Virus record (IMG/VR): IMGVR_UViG_3300043443_000866
Location: 1-39,303 of that record
Strand: one strand, 5' to 3'
Origin: a virus
Lineage: Duplodnaviria; Caudoviricetes
Length of the DNA stretch: 39,303 bases
Shown here: positions 18,569 through 26,981 of the stretch, piece after piece
How the letters are laid out: each line of letters starts with the position of its first letter
Numbering within the stretch: the first letter of the stretch is position 1
Translations under genes and position numbers: made by a program
Notes under the pieces: model-generated
Databases searched by the model: none
What the model was told of the DNA's origin: nothing
The model's input: only the letters and a program-made list of their open reading frames with translations

Positions 18569-20281
18569 TCAGAGCAATACCAACTCGTAATCGGATCCCA
18601 GCATCACCGAGTCTCCCGGTTTGATCGCGCGCGAGAGCGCCATGATCAATGCCACGATGCCGTCGATCTTGTTTTCTGCTCGCTCCTTACGTGGATAAAT
18701 GTTGTCTTTGGCGTCCAGGTGGGCAACAACGTTGCTGACCATCCAACCCAGTACTGGATCGCCGTCGTGAACCAATTTCTTTTGAAGCACCAAGGCCTCA
18801 AGCGTTTTCATCGGCTCTGAAAAGTTCAGCACCGTGGGACGCACTTCAATCATTGGCAGGCCCTCACTCATCATTCGAGTAGAGAGCTGTGTGGCCTGAA
18901 ACGGATCGAAGGCAACTGCCTGCACTGCAAAGCGCGAGGACAGGTCGCTCAGATCAGCTTCAATCCAACTGAAATCAATCACATTGCCTGGCGTTACCGT
19001 GAGGCGTCCGGTGTGCATCCAGCCCGTGTACTGGCTGTTACCGTGGGCGTTGACCGTGTCTTCCGGCAGGTAGTACTTGCCAAAGACGGCAAACGCATCG
19101 GCGATCTCCGGATGGGCAAACACAATCACCAAGGCTGCAATGTCTGTCTTGCTCGCCAAGTCCAGACCAACCCAACAGGGCTGACCCACAAAAGACTCAA
19201 TGTCCAGGTCCTGATCAGCACATGCGTCCCAAGAGCGCATATCCATCCAAGCGGTGTCTGCATTGACCCACTCGTTCAGGTGTTTGGTTTTGAAGTTGTT
19301 CATCGCACTAGGCAACTGCATGGCCTTGGCCTGCAGCGGTCCCAGAATTTCCGGGCGCACCGAGATGCCCCAGTTGGGGTTGGCCTTCATGAGCGAGTCT
19401 TCGCTGGTCCAATCGTCCCCGTCATCAAGACCGTAGACGATGCCAAACTGACTGTCGTCTTCGAACACGCCGTCTAGCAGCCTGGTCACAAAGGTTCGCA
19501 CCTCGTAGCAAATGCCAGAGCGGTTGCTGCCTGCGGTGGTGATCACCCACAAGAGCGAGTTGTCCCGCTTGCCAGTGCCAGTCTCGACCACGTCGTAGAC
19601 GGTGCGGGTCTTGTGGGCATGCAATTCATCAATGCAGCCAAAGTGAATGTTCAGTCCATCCAGCGTTGAACCCTCGGCTGAGAGGGCTTCAAACTTTGAG
19701 CCAGTCTGCATCACGTTCATGTTGTGAGCACCGACATTGACTGAAAACCGACTGCGAAACCCCTGAGACCTTCGCGCCATGGTTTGCGCATCACCAAACA
19801 CGATGCGCGCCTGGTCACGGGTGGTGGCCAAGGAATAAACCTCAGCTCCGCCTTCGCCATCTGCGGCAAGCATGTACAGCGCAAGTGCAGACGACAGGGT
19901 CGACTTGGCGTTGCCGCGTGGCACCTCGATGTACGAGCGCCTAAAGCGGCGGTTGCCGTCGGGCTTAACCCAACCGAACACGGTGGTCAGGATGAACACC
20001 TGCCAGGGTTCCAATTTGATCGTCTCGCCAGCCAAAGGTCCTTTGACGTGAGGCAGGCGCTCAATGAACGCGCACAGGTTGTCGGCGGGATGGAACGTCC
20101 GGCCGTCTTTGTCTGTGAGCTTGGGATTGAACTGATAAGGGCTGGCTTTGCCCTTGAACTTTGCCAAATCGTTTAACTGACGCTGGCATGCAAGCTGCAC
20201 CCATTTGCAGGCCAATATGTCACCAGCCACAACTGCCTGCGCATACTTACGCGCAATAGCAGCGTAGTTCTCTGTTGCCAT
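18569..20281 (-). CDS. terL: Terminase large subunit
   Basis: LEPWQ, Walker A variant PRGNAKST, Walker B IDELH, ITTAG, GLDLAS, KIDGIVA. Confidence 0.96.
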   Translation of the reverse strand: MATENYAAIARKYAQAVVAGDILACKWVQLACQRQLNDLAKFKGKASPYQFNPKLTDKDGRTFHPADNLCAFIERLPHVKGPLAGETIKLEPWQVFILTTVFGWVKPDGNRRFRRSYIEVPRGNAKSTLSSALALYMLAADGEGGAEVYSLATTRDQARIVFGDAQTMARRSQGFRSRFSVNVGAHNMNVMQTGSKFEALSAEGSTLDGLNIHFGCIDELHAHKTRTVYDVVETGTGKRDNSLLWVITTAGSNRSGICYEVRTFVTRLLDGVFEDDSQFGIVYGLDDGDDWTSEDSLMKANPNWGISVRPEILGPLQAKAMQLPSAMNNFKTKHLNEWVNADTAWMDMRSWDACADQDLDIESFVGQPCWVGLDLASKTDIAALVIVFAHPEIADAFAVFGKYYLPEDTVNAHGNSQYTGWMHTGRLTVTPGNVIDFSWIEADLSDLSSRFAVQAVAFDPFQATQLSTRMMSEGLPMIEVRPTVLNFSEPMKTLEALVLQKKLVHDGDPVLGWMVSNVVAHLDAKDNIYPRKERAENKIDGIVALIMALSRAIKPGDSVMLGSDYELVLL

Positions 20282-20290
20282 AAATTAGTG

Positions 20291-20749
20291 TCAGCCTGCA
20301 ATATCTGCCCAAGGATCAAGATCGATCTGGGCGTCTGTGGGTTGATTTATTCGAGAGCGCGACGCAGGCGTGAAGCCCATTTCCACAGCGGCCTTGGTCA
20401 TGATCTGAGCCTGCTTATTGGCAATGGCAAGGTAAGGCGATTGCATCGGCACACCCGTGTTAGGTGCTTTGATCAGCAGACCGGTCTTAGTGATTCCAAT
20501 CTGCGCCTTGCGGTACAGATCGGCTGCACAGGACCAGACCTCAAGAACCGACATATCAAGCTTGCGGAGCAAATGCTCAGGCGCGCTCTCAATGGCATAT
20601 CGCCAGGCCTGCTTGGCCCCGTCTGACATGTACTCGGGCGGCGAAACAAGGTCCCCTTGGGGTTGCGGCTCATGCGGGTTGGTCCTGCACTTTTGCAAAG
20701 TTCCCCTGAGCTTTTTGATCTCAGTGGGGAGCGGCTTTCTTCCGGCCAT
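20291..20749 (-). CDS. terS: Terminase small subunit, P27 family
   Basis: GRKPLPTEIKKLRG and EMGFTPASRSRI motifs. Confidence 0.92.
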   Translation of the reverse strand: MAGRKPLPTEIKKLRGTLQKCRTNPHEPQPQGDLVSPPEYMSDGAKQAWRYAIESAPEHLLRKLDMSVLEVWSCAADLYRKAQIGITKTGLLIKAPNTGVPMQSPYLAIANKQAQIMTKAAVEMGFTPASRSRINQPTDAQIDLDPWADIAG

Positions 20750-20769
20750 CAATCTTCCGTTCTGGGGTA

Positions 20770-20862
20770 ACCCCCCTTGGTTTTAATTTGCACGCGCAAA
20801 AATCTTGGCGGGGGCACGCTGCTTGCTCCGCAGGCTTCAGAGATTCATCCCCCCTAGGGGGG
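20770..20862. other. Putative cos packaging region
   Basis: HNH-terS intergenic position typical of 3'-overhang cos phages; palindromes CCCCCCTAGGGGGG and TTTGCACGCGCAAA. Confidence 0.5.
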
Positions 20863-21231
20863 TGTTGAGCGCCGACCAGCGGTCTCGTGTGCTGTCTTTC
20901 GGTTGTGACATGAGACGCAGAGTCCTTGCAGGTTTCCCCTGTCAAATCGCTCACCGCCGTCCTTAATCGGTTTGATGTGGTCCACAACCTTGGCAGCCAC
21001 AACCCGTCCCGCCGCTTCACAACTCACGCAAAGGGGTTGTTGTCGCAGTAACTCTGCGCGCACGTCCCGCCAGCGGGTTGACTGGTAAAAGCCCACCTCG
21101 GTTTCAAAGCCACGCCTGGCACGTCCGTAGTCCCGGTGCGCCTGTGGGCGGTGCTGATCGCAATAACCGGGCTTATCAAGTACCGCCGAACACGCGGGGT
21201 GTCGGCAAGGTGTTGGAGCACTTCGGGGCAC
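20854..21231 (-). CDS. Terminase-associated HNH endonuclease (HK97 gp74-like)
   Basis: PLCVSC, VDHIKP, NLQGLCVSCHNRKT; adjacent to terS. Confidence 0.93.
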   Translation of the reverse strand: MPRSAPTPCRHPACSAVLDKPGYCDQHRPQAHRDYGRARRGFETEVGFYQSTRWRDVRAELLRQQPLCVSCEAAGRVVAAKVVDHIKPIKDGGERFDRGNLQGLCVSCHNRKTAHETAGRRSTPP

Positions 21232-21284
21232 TGCGGCTTATTCCCAACTTATTCAATAAGTAATCGCAATTGATGCAGATAAAG

Positions 21285-21315
21285 CTTGGCTTCATTTGGA
21301 TTCAGAGCGTTCATA
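21285..21315 (+). promoter_or_regulatory. Bipartite motif CTTGGCTTC-N9-CAGAGCGTTCATA, copy 1
   Basis: Identical arms and spacer length to 36916-36946; upstream of plus-strand genes. Confidence 0.65.
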
Positions 21316-21347
21316 GGAACGTGATTAACAACCCAAGGAGCTAAGTA

Positions 21348-21536
21348 ATGGACACCCAAAAACTGGAGCATCTGCTCAACCAAATCGCCGCAGAACATCT
21401 GCACATCGACACGCTGGCCACTCGCAACAGCGACCGTCTGGATTTCCATGAGGTCAGCGTCTGGGGCCTCAAAGAAGCACTTCAAGCCGCCTTTAAGGCT
21501 GGCCAGCAATCCAAACAAACAACCCAACCCAACTGA
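21348..21536 (+). CDS. DUF6900-like small protein
   Basis: IDTLATRNSDRLDFHEVSVWGLKEALQAAF motif; AAGGAG RBS. Confidence 0.8.
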   Translation: MDTQKLEHLLNQIAAEHLHIDTLATRNSDRLDFHEVSVWGLKEALQAAFKAGQQSKQTTQPN

Positions 21537-21550
21537 TACAGGAGATCAAC

Positions 21551-22027
21551 ATGAAACTCACACCCAGCCAAGCCTTGCTCCTCAACGCTGCAGCCAGCCA
21601 TCCTCAGCATGTGCTGACCGACTTCACACCCAACCTCAAAGGTGGTGCGTTGATCAAGGTGCTGACAAGTCTTGGCAATGAAGGGCTGATTCGTCCGCAC
21701 AGCAAAGGTCCAGAGGGTTCAACCCGCTTTGCCATCACCACCGCAGGGCTTCGGGCCATTGGCATTGAGCCACCGGTCAAATCCAAGCGCAAAGGTAGCA
21801 AGCAGTCGGTGCTCATCGATCTGATGAAACGTCCAGAAGGTGCAACCCTTCCTCAAATGGTGGAGGCCACAGGTTGGCAAGCGCACACGGTGCGCGGCTG
21901 CATGGCAGGAACCCTGAAAAAGAAACTGGGCCTGACCATCGACTCCGTTAAGGAGAGCGGTGGTGAGCGGGTCTACAGGGTCTCACCCTCCAGCTCGCTC
22001 CCCACTGCATCATCTAAAACCGAGTAA
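21551..22027 (+). CDS. DUF3489-like winged-helix protein
   Basis: SKQSVLIDLMKRPEGAT...TGWQAHTVRG...LKKKLGL...RVYRV motif; AGGAGA RBS. Confidence 0.85.
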   Translation: MKLTPSQALLLNAAASHPQHVLTDFTPNLKGGALIKVLTSLGNEGLIRPHSKGPEGSTRFAITTAGLRAIGIEPPVKSKRKGSKQSVLIDLMKRPEGATLPQMVEATGWQAHTVRGCMAGTLKKKLGLTIDSVKESGGERVYRVSPSSSLPTASSKTE

Positions 22028-23265
22028 CCTTGCGGCGTAAGGTCCGCAAACGCCGAGCCATCCGATTCACGGGTGGCTTTCTGTCCTGTGTATTCTTCCC
22101 AGCGTTTAACGATCACGTCCACGTACTTGGGATCTAGCTCAATGAGCCGGGCACGACGGCCAGACTTTTCACAGGCAATCAGGGTGGTGCCAGAACCACC
22201 AAACGGGTCCAGCACGATGTCTCGTGTTTTGCTGCTGTTGCGCACCGCACGCTCCATCAACTCCACCGGCTTCATGGTCGGGTGCAAATCGTTTTTGTGC
22301 GGCTTCTTGATGTGCCACACGTCTCCCTGGTCGCGTGCACCGCACCAGTAGTGCTGAGCACCGTCTTTCCAACCGTAGAGGATGGGCTCGTACTGGCGCT
22401 GGTAATCCGCGCGACCCATGGTGAAGGTGTTCTTGGCCCAGATAATGAAGGTGGACCACTTGCCCCCTGCGGCGCGAAACGCTGCCTGCAAGGTATCGAG
22501 TTCGGATGAACTCATGGCGATATAGACCGCACCTTTGGTGACGTCCAGGATGTTCTGGCATGCCGACTGCAAGAACGCTCCAAAGTCAGCGCCCATGTTG
22601 TCGTTCAGGATGGGACGGTCCTTGCCGCGCATCTTGTCCTTGGCCGTGTTGGCGTAGTTGACGTTGTAAGGCGGATCGGTGGCAGTCATGTCCACCAGTT
22701 CATCGCCCAGCAGCGCCTTGTAATCTTCTGCCTTGGTGGCATCGCCACACAACAGCTTGTGCTCGCCAAGGATCCAGATGTCGCCGGTTTTGGAGACGGC
22801 TGTCTCAGCCACCTCGGGTGCCTGGTCTTCGTCGGTCAGGCCATCGTTGCTGGGGTCACCCGCAATGAGCTTGTCCCACTCTTCGGCGGTAAAGCCGGTG
22901 AGGCCCAGATCAAAGCCTGCTTCCTGCAGCTCAGCCAGTTCAAGGCCCAGCAGATCGTCATCCCAGGACGCGTTCTCGCCGATCTTGTTGTCGGCAAGGA
23001 TCAGTGCCTTGCGCTGGATCTCGGTCAGGTGCTCCATGGCTACGACGGGCACCTCGGACATGCCGAGCTTGCGGGCAGCAAGCAGTCGGCCGTGACCTGC
23101 GATGACGTTGTTTTGTCCGTCCACCAGGATGGGAGCACCCCAGCCAAACTCGGTGATGCTGGCCGCGATCTGCGCCACATGGGCGTCCGAGTGCAGCTTG
23201 GCATTTCGGGCGTAAGGGATCAGGGACTCAATCGGCCGGTATTGGATTTTGATGGTGGGCTTCAT
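21973..23265 (-). CDS. ParB-N fused N6-adenine/N4-cytosine DNA methyltransferase (beta class)
   Basis: LIPYARNA, IAGHGRLLAA (ParB-like); DPPY, HPTMKP, DPFGGSGTT; start set at MKPTIK. Confidence 0.92.
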   Translation of the reverse strand: MKPTIKIQYRPIESLIPYARNAKLHSDAHVAQIAASITEFGWGAPILVDGQNNVIAGHGRLLAARKLGMSEVPVVAMEHLTEIQRKALILADNKIGENASWDDDLLGLELAELQEAGFDLGLTGFTAEEWDKLIAGDPSNDGLTDEDQAPEVAETAVSKTGDIWILGEHKLLCGDATKAEDYKALLGDELVDMTATDPPYNVNYANTAKDKMRGKDRPILNDNMGADFGAFLQSACQNILDVTKGAVYIAMSSSELDTLQAAFRAAGGKWSTFIIWAKNTFTMGRADYQRQYEPILYGWKDGAQHYWCGARDQGDVWHIKKPHKNDLHPTMKPVELMERAVRNSSKTRDIVLDPFGGSGTTLIACEKSGRRARLIELDPKYVDVIVKRWEEYTGQKATRESDGSAFADLTPQGYSVLDDAVGSELEGETL

Positions 23266-23280
23266 GCTGCTTCGGAAACG

Positions 23281-23314
23281 AAAAAGCCCGCGAGAGACAT
23301 GCTCGTTGCGGGCT
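23281..23314 (-). terminator. Putative terminator at the head of the late operon
   Basis: AGCCCGC...GCGGGCT stem followed by a U-rich tract. Confidence 0.55.
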
Positions 23315-23468
23315 GTTGAATGAGGGTGGCTGCAAGACACATCTCTCGCAACCGTAGACAAAATGTAAGCGAAATTCCGGTAAAACGCGACACGTTCAAA
23401 TCCGCGTTTTCTCCGCAACAACTCGCAGGAGCACGCATCATTTGTATCTGGCACGCAACTACCTGCAA

Positions 23469-23876
23469 CTACCTCACCAAACTTCCCCGCACCAGGTTGC
23501 TGGCCACGATGTACATGGCAATCTCCCAGCGGCGCTGCGCAGTGCGTGGTGCACAGCCGAAGCGTTTGCCGATGTCGTACCAGCGGTAACGCGCCGCCCG
23601 CATCCAGACCAGGTGGCGCTGCTCGACCTCGAGCCACTGGACCCAGCCCATAACCTCGAGCATGCAGTCCACCTCGGCCGGGGTGGGTGGAAACCGGTAG
23701 ACCGGGGCATCGTCACTGGCCATGCGCTCGTAATCGGTTCGCACAATGGTGGGCCAGACGTTGAAGTGGCCCTGCACCCGAACCGGCGGGAGTTTGTGGG
23801 CCGTGCGTGAAGCCTGAATGAAATAGTCGGCAACATCTTCCGCCGACCAGCCGCCCCGTGGTGTTGGTATGGCCAT
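23469..23876 (-). CDS. DUF6362-like protein, possible late-gene regulator
   Basis: LPPVRVQG...WVQWLEVEQRHLVWMRA...HTH-like C-terminus; GGAGG RBS before ATG 23876; last gene of the early operon. Confidence 0.8.
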   Translation of the reverse strand: MAIPTPRGGWSAEDVADYFIQASRTAHKLPPVRVQGHFNVWPTIVRTDYERMASDDAPVYRFPPTPAEVDCMLEVMGWVQWLEVEQRHLVWMRAARYRWYDIGKRFGCAPRTAQRRWEIAMYIVASNLVRGSLVR

Positions 23877-23877
23877 C

Positions 23878-24792
23878 TCACACCTCCTGCGTGTCAATGG
23901 CCCAATGCAAGAGCGCCAGCGCATCGGCCTCGTTGTCATCGGTGACCGGGTGGCCCAGCAGGCGCATGGCTGAAATCACCTCGCCCTTGCCCGCATTGCC
24001 TTTGCCGGTGGCGTGCTTTTTGATCGTGCCTACAGGCACGCCTTGGTAGGCGATGTTGTGGTGCTCGCACCAGGTGGTAAGCGTGGCCATCAGGCCGCCG
24101 TAGACGTGGGCTGCGTCCACCCCTGCATGGCGACGCACTTCCTCGAAGTACACGGCGTGGATGTCGGTGGCCAGCGCTTTGATCTCGGTGAGCCAACGTT
24201 TGAAGCGCAGGTAACGCATACCGCCGCCTTCAAACCGCTGGGGTTTGAAGCTGGCAAAGCCATGCGCGATCTGGCCGTCTTTGGACCGAAGTGCCCAACC
24301 GGTTGTTGTCCCCAGATCGATGGCCAGAACCACCACCCGGTTTCCCGGCAACGGTGTATTGACCGATGAAACACTCCGACGTAGGTCAGAGGGAACCACA
24401 GGTCCCTCTCCTACGTAGTAGGAGGGGAGTTTTCTCCAACTGGATTTTTCAGGAAAACCCAGCATCCATGCGGGTTTGCGGCCAGTTGGCAAGTTGGCAG
24501 CGTTGCCAACTGCCAACTTTGCCAACTTACGCGTAAGTGGTTGATTTATATGGGAATGAAGTTGGCAAGGGTCTGCCAACTGAATCCAGTTGGCAAAAAG
24601 TGGGCTCCAGTTGGCAAAACTTTTGCCAACTTGTTTGCGTAAACTCTTGCGGGCTCCTGCGTACTCCTGCGGGCCAATGCCAGCCGTAGCTAACGGATAG
24701 CCATTGAGGGTGTTTGCAGGTTGGTGCGGGTCAATGCGGGCGTATGACAACGCTGCACTTGTGCGGGTTCTATCTTGGCAAATCGTGTTCAT
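23878..24792 (-). CDS. RuvC-like Holliday junction resolvase with a long N-terminal extension
   Basis: LAIDLGTTTGWA, FEEV, DDNEADALA acidic motifs in the C-terminal half; start ATGA-coupled to the primase stop, but the true start is uncertain. Confidence 0.75.
   Translation of the reverse strand: MNTICQDRTRTSAALSYARIDPHQPANTLNGYPLATAGIGPQEYAGARKSLRKQVGKSFANWSPLFANWIQLADPCQLHSHINQPLTRKLAKLAVGNAANLPTGRKPAWMLGFPEKSSWRKLPSYYVGEGPVVPSDLRRSVSSVNTPLPGNRVVVLAIDLGTTTGWALRSKDGQIAHGFASFKPQRFEGGGMRYLRFKRWLTEIKALATDIHAVYFEEVRRHAGVDAAHVYGGLMATLTTWCEHHNIAYQGVPVGTIKKHATGKGNAGKGEVISAMRLLGHPVTDDNEADALALLHWAIDTQEV
24484..24631. repeat. Iteron-like array, ten copies of AGTTGGCA/TGCCAACT; putative replication origin
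   Basis: AGTTGGCA at 24484, 24492, 24560, 24588, 24609; TGCCAACT at 24504, 24511, 24520, 24574, 24624. Confidence 0.8.
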
Positions 24793-26981
24793 TCTTGCTC
24801 CTGCGGGTCATTGCTAATTTCTTGGTAAACCCACACATCCGGGTTTTCGACGGGCATCGCGGCCCCGGATTGCGGGCATTTGTAGTGGGTTGGCAGCACC
24901 CCGAGCGGTCGCAGTGGAAGCTCGCCGGTGTCTGGATCGGGCTCACCTGTGTGCGTGTTCAGGACCATGCCCTCGACGCAAAGGTAGCCAAACTTGGAGC
25001 GCCCAATCGAGGGCAGTCCGTAGTCCGTGCTGTTGCGGAAAAACTTGATGTAGCCCTGCGTGGACAGGGCTGAGATCCGCTCCCGGATCGTGCGCTCGCC
25101 GCCCAGACCGGCCTTGCCCTCAAAGGACTCGGCCAGTTGGTTGGCGGTGTAGCAGCGCCCCTGCGACGCTTCCTCAAAGAGGATCTGCAAAATGGCATCG
25201 CGCTTTCTCCTGCGCTCGGCATCGAGCCGCTCGCCATACTCTTTGAGCACCAGCCTGTCGTTCACATCGACCTCGTGCCACTGGCCGTCCATCTTGTCGA
25301 CGAACTTGGTCTCAATGGTCGGTCCGTTGCGCAGCTCGTAGATCAGGTGGCGTGTGGATTGCGCCTCATCAGGGCGAAAAAGCAGCATCCCGGATGAGTA
25401 GTAGCCGCGCAGGCTGCCAGCACCTGCCAAAGCCTGAAATGGGTCCTCCTCAAACTGGCGCTTGCCCAGCTTTTTGGTGTGGTGCGCCAGAATCACGCCT
25501 GCCTCGGGGTTCACCGCCTGGCGAATGCGCTCCACGCGCTGCGACAAGAAGTACAGCATCGCGCCGTTGTCGTTCTCGCCGCCTGCATCGCCCCCGTCGA
25601 AGACGTTGCGAATCGGGTCGATCACGATGATGTCGGGGGTCAGGCCATTGAAGGCCGCCACCATGGCCGGGATGACCTGCGCCAGCCCGTCGTCGTCCAG
25701 AATCAGGCGCAACTGCGGCGTGGCCATGAAATTGGTACGCGCCAGACTCAAGTGTTCTGGCGAGAGGCGAATGCCTTTCACCCGCTCGCGCAGGTAGTGG
25801 TACTGGACCTCGGCTTGCAAATAAAACACCCGCAGTGGCCGGGGCGGCCTCATCCCCAAAAACGAGGCACCGGCGGCCATGTGGGTGAGCCAGGCCAGCA
25901 AGAAGTCGCTTTTGCCGACCTTGGGAGCGCCGCCAAACACCAGCAGGCCGCTCGGTGTCAGCACGCGCGGCTCAATCAAATCTTCGGGTAGCGGTGAGTC
26001 ATCATCAAGCAATGCGCCGAGCGTGAAGGCTGGCACCATGGGCGCAGCAGCTTTGATCACCCGGCGTTCAGCCTGCGCGATGAAGGCGGCGCAATCAAAG
26101 CCCTCCTGCGCTGCGTCGGCCGCATCCCACTTGAGCGGCTTGTCAGCAGGCGGCACGAGGATGGACACCGACTGGCAGCCCACGGCAGCGCAGGCGCGTG
26201 CAGCGCTCTCGGCATAGTCCCAGCCCGGCGCGTCACGGTCAGGCCAGATCAACACATCTTTGTTCTTGAGCGCAGACCAGTCGGTTTTGTCCACCGGTGC
26301 TTTGGCCCCGTTCATGGCAGTGGTGGCCACTATGCCTGCGCCAATCAGGGCATCGGCACACTTTTCACCCTCGACCAGGATCACGGTGCGAGCCGTCTGC
26401 AACGCTGGCATGTTGTAAAGCGGGCGCGGATCAGGGGCACGCCACATCCGCGCGCGAACATCCCACGGCCTGAACTCCTTGCCCGATGGTGGGTCGTAAC
26501 GGTAGACGCAGGCAATCAGCTCGCCATCGAGCCCGACGTAATCCCACTTGGCGGTGTAGGGACCGAGTTCATCCATCGGGACCGTTCGCATGTCGCGCCT
26601 GGCCCCGTGGTCCACGGGCGGCGCAAAGCCAAGCCACTGCCTGATTTCATCGGCGATGCGCGGAAAGTCGTGCTGCGTCGACAGCCCCCGTGACTTGGCC
26701 CAGGCTGCGATCAGGTCGCCGCCATCGTCATCGGCGAAATCCTTCCACAGCCCGCGCCGAGGACCATCAAGCTCCACCACCAGGCTCTTGCCCGGCGCGC
26801 CATCAATATCACCCACATAAAACTTGTTGCCGCGAATTCGGCCACTGGGAAACAGGTACAGCAACACCGATTCGAGCCGGTCCAGCAAACCATCCCGGAG
26901 CGCCTGCGTGTCAGCCGCTGTTTCCAGCCTTTGTTCTGGGGCGTTGTTGTAGTCCAGCCAGACGATGTTGCCAGCCGTCAT
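24789..26981 (-). CDS. Toprim primase - RepA-like AAA helicase fusion with C-terminal winged helix
   Basis: VEGEKCAD and WPDRD (Toprim), GAPKVGKS Walker A, VIDP Walker B, HHTKK; start MTAGNI overlaps the upstream stop. Confidence 0.9.
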   Translation of the reverse strand: MTAGNIVWLDYNNAPEQRLETAADTQALRDGLLDRLESVLLYLFPSGRIRGNKFYVGDIDGAPGKSLVVELDGPRRGLWKDFADDDGGDLIAAWAKSRGLSTQHDFPRIADEIRQWLGFAPPVDHGARRDMRTVPMDELGPYTAKWDYVGLDGELIACVYRYDPPSGKEFRPWDVRARMWRAPDPRPLYNMPALQTARTVILVEGEKCADALIGAGIVATTAMNGAKAPVDKTDWSALKNKDVLIWPDRDAPGWDYAESAARACAAVGCQSVSILVPPADKPLKWDAADAAQEGFDCAAFIAQAERRVIKAAAPMVPAFTLGALLDDDSPLPEDLIEPRVLTPSGLLVFGGAPKVGKSDFLLAWLTHMAAGASFLGMRPPRPLRVFYLQAEVQYHYLRERVKGIRLSPEHLSLARTNFMATPQLRLILDDDGLAQVIPAMVAAFNGLTPDIIVIDPIRNVFDGGDAGGENDNGAMLYFLSQRVERIRQAVNPEAGVILAHHTKKLGKRQFEEDPFQALAGAGSLRGYYSSGMLLFRPDEAQSTRHLIYELRNGPTIETKFVDKMDGQWHEVDVNDRLVLKEYGERLDAERRRKRDAILQILFEEASQGRCYTANQLAESFEGKAGLGGERTIRERISALSTQGYIKFFRNSTDYGLPSIGRSKFGYLCVEGMVLNTHTGEPDPDTGELPLRPLGVLPTHYKCPQSGAAMPVENPDVWVYQEISNDPQEQE

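Noticed and set aside
23266-23637. N-terminal 124-aa extension of the methyltransferase in the ORF track
   Set aside because: It overlaps the DUF6362-like gene and crosses a promoter/terminator region; the ParB-like domain begins at MKPTIK.
24484-24631. CRISPR array
   Set aside because: Repeats are only 8 bp, in both orientations, with irregular short gaps; there is no repeat-spacer periodicity.
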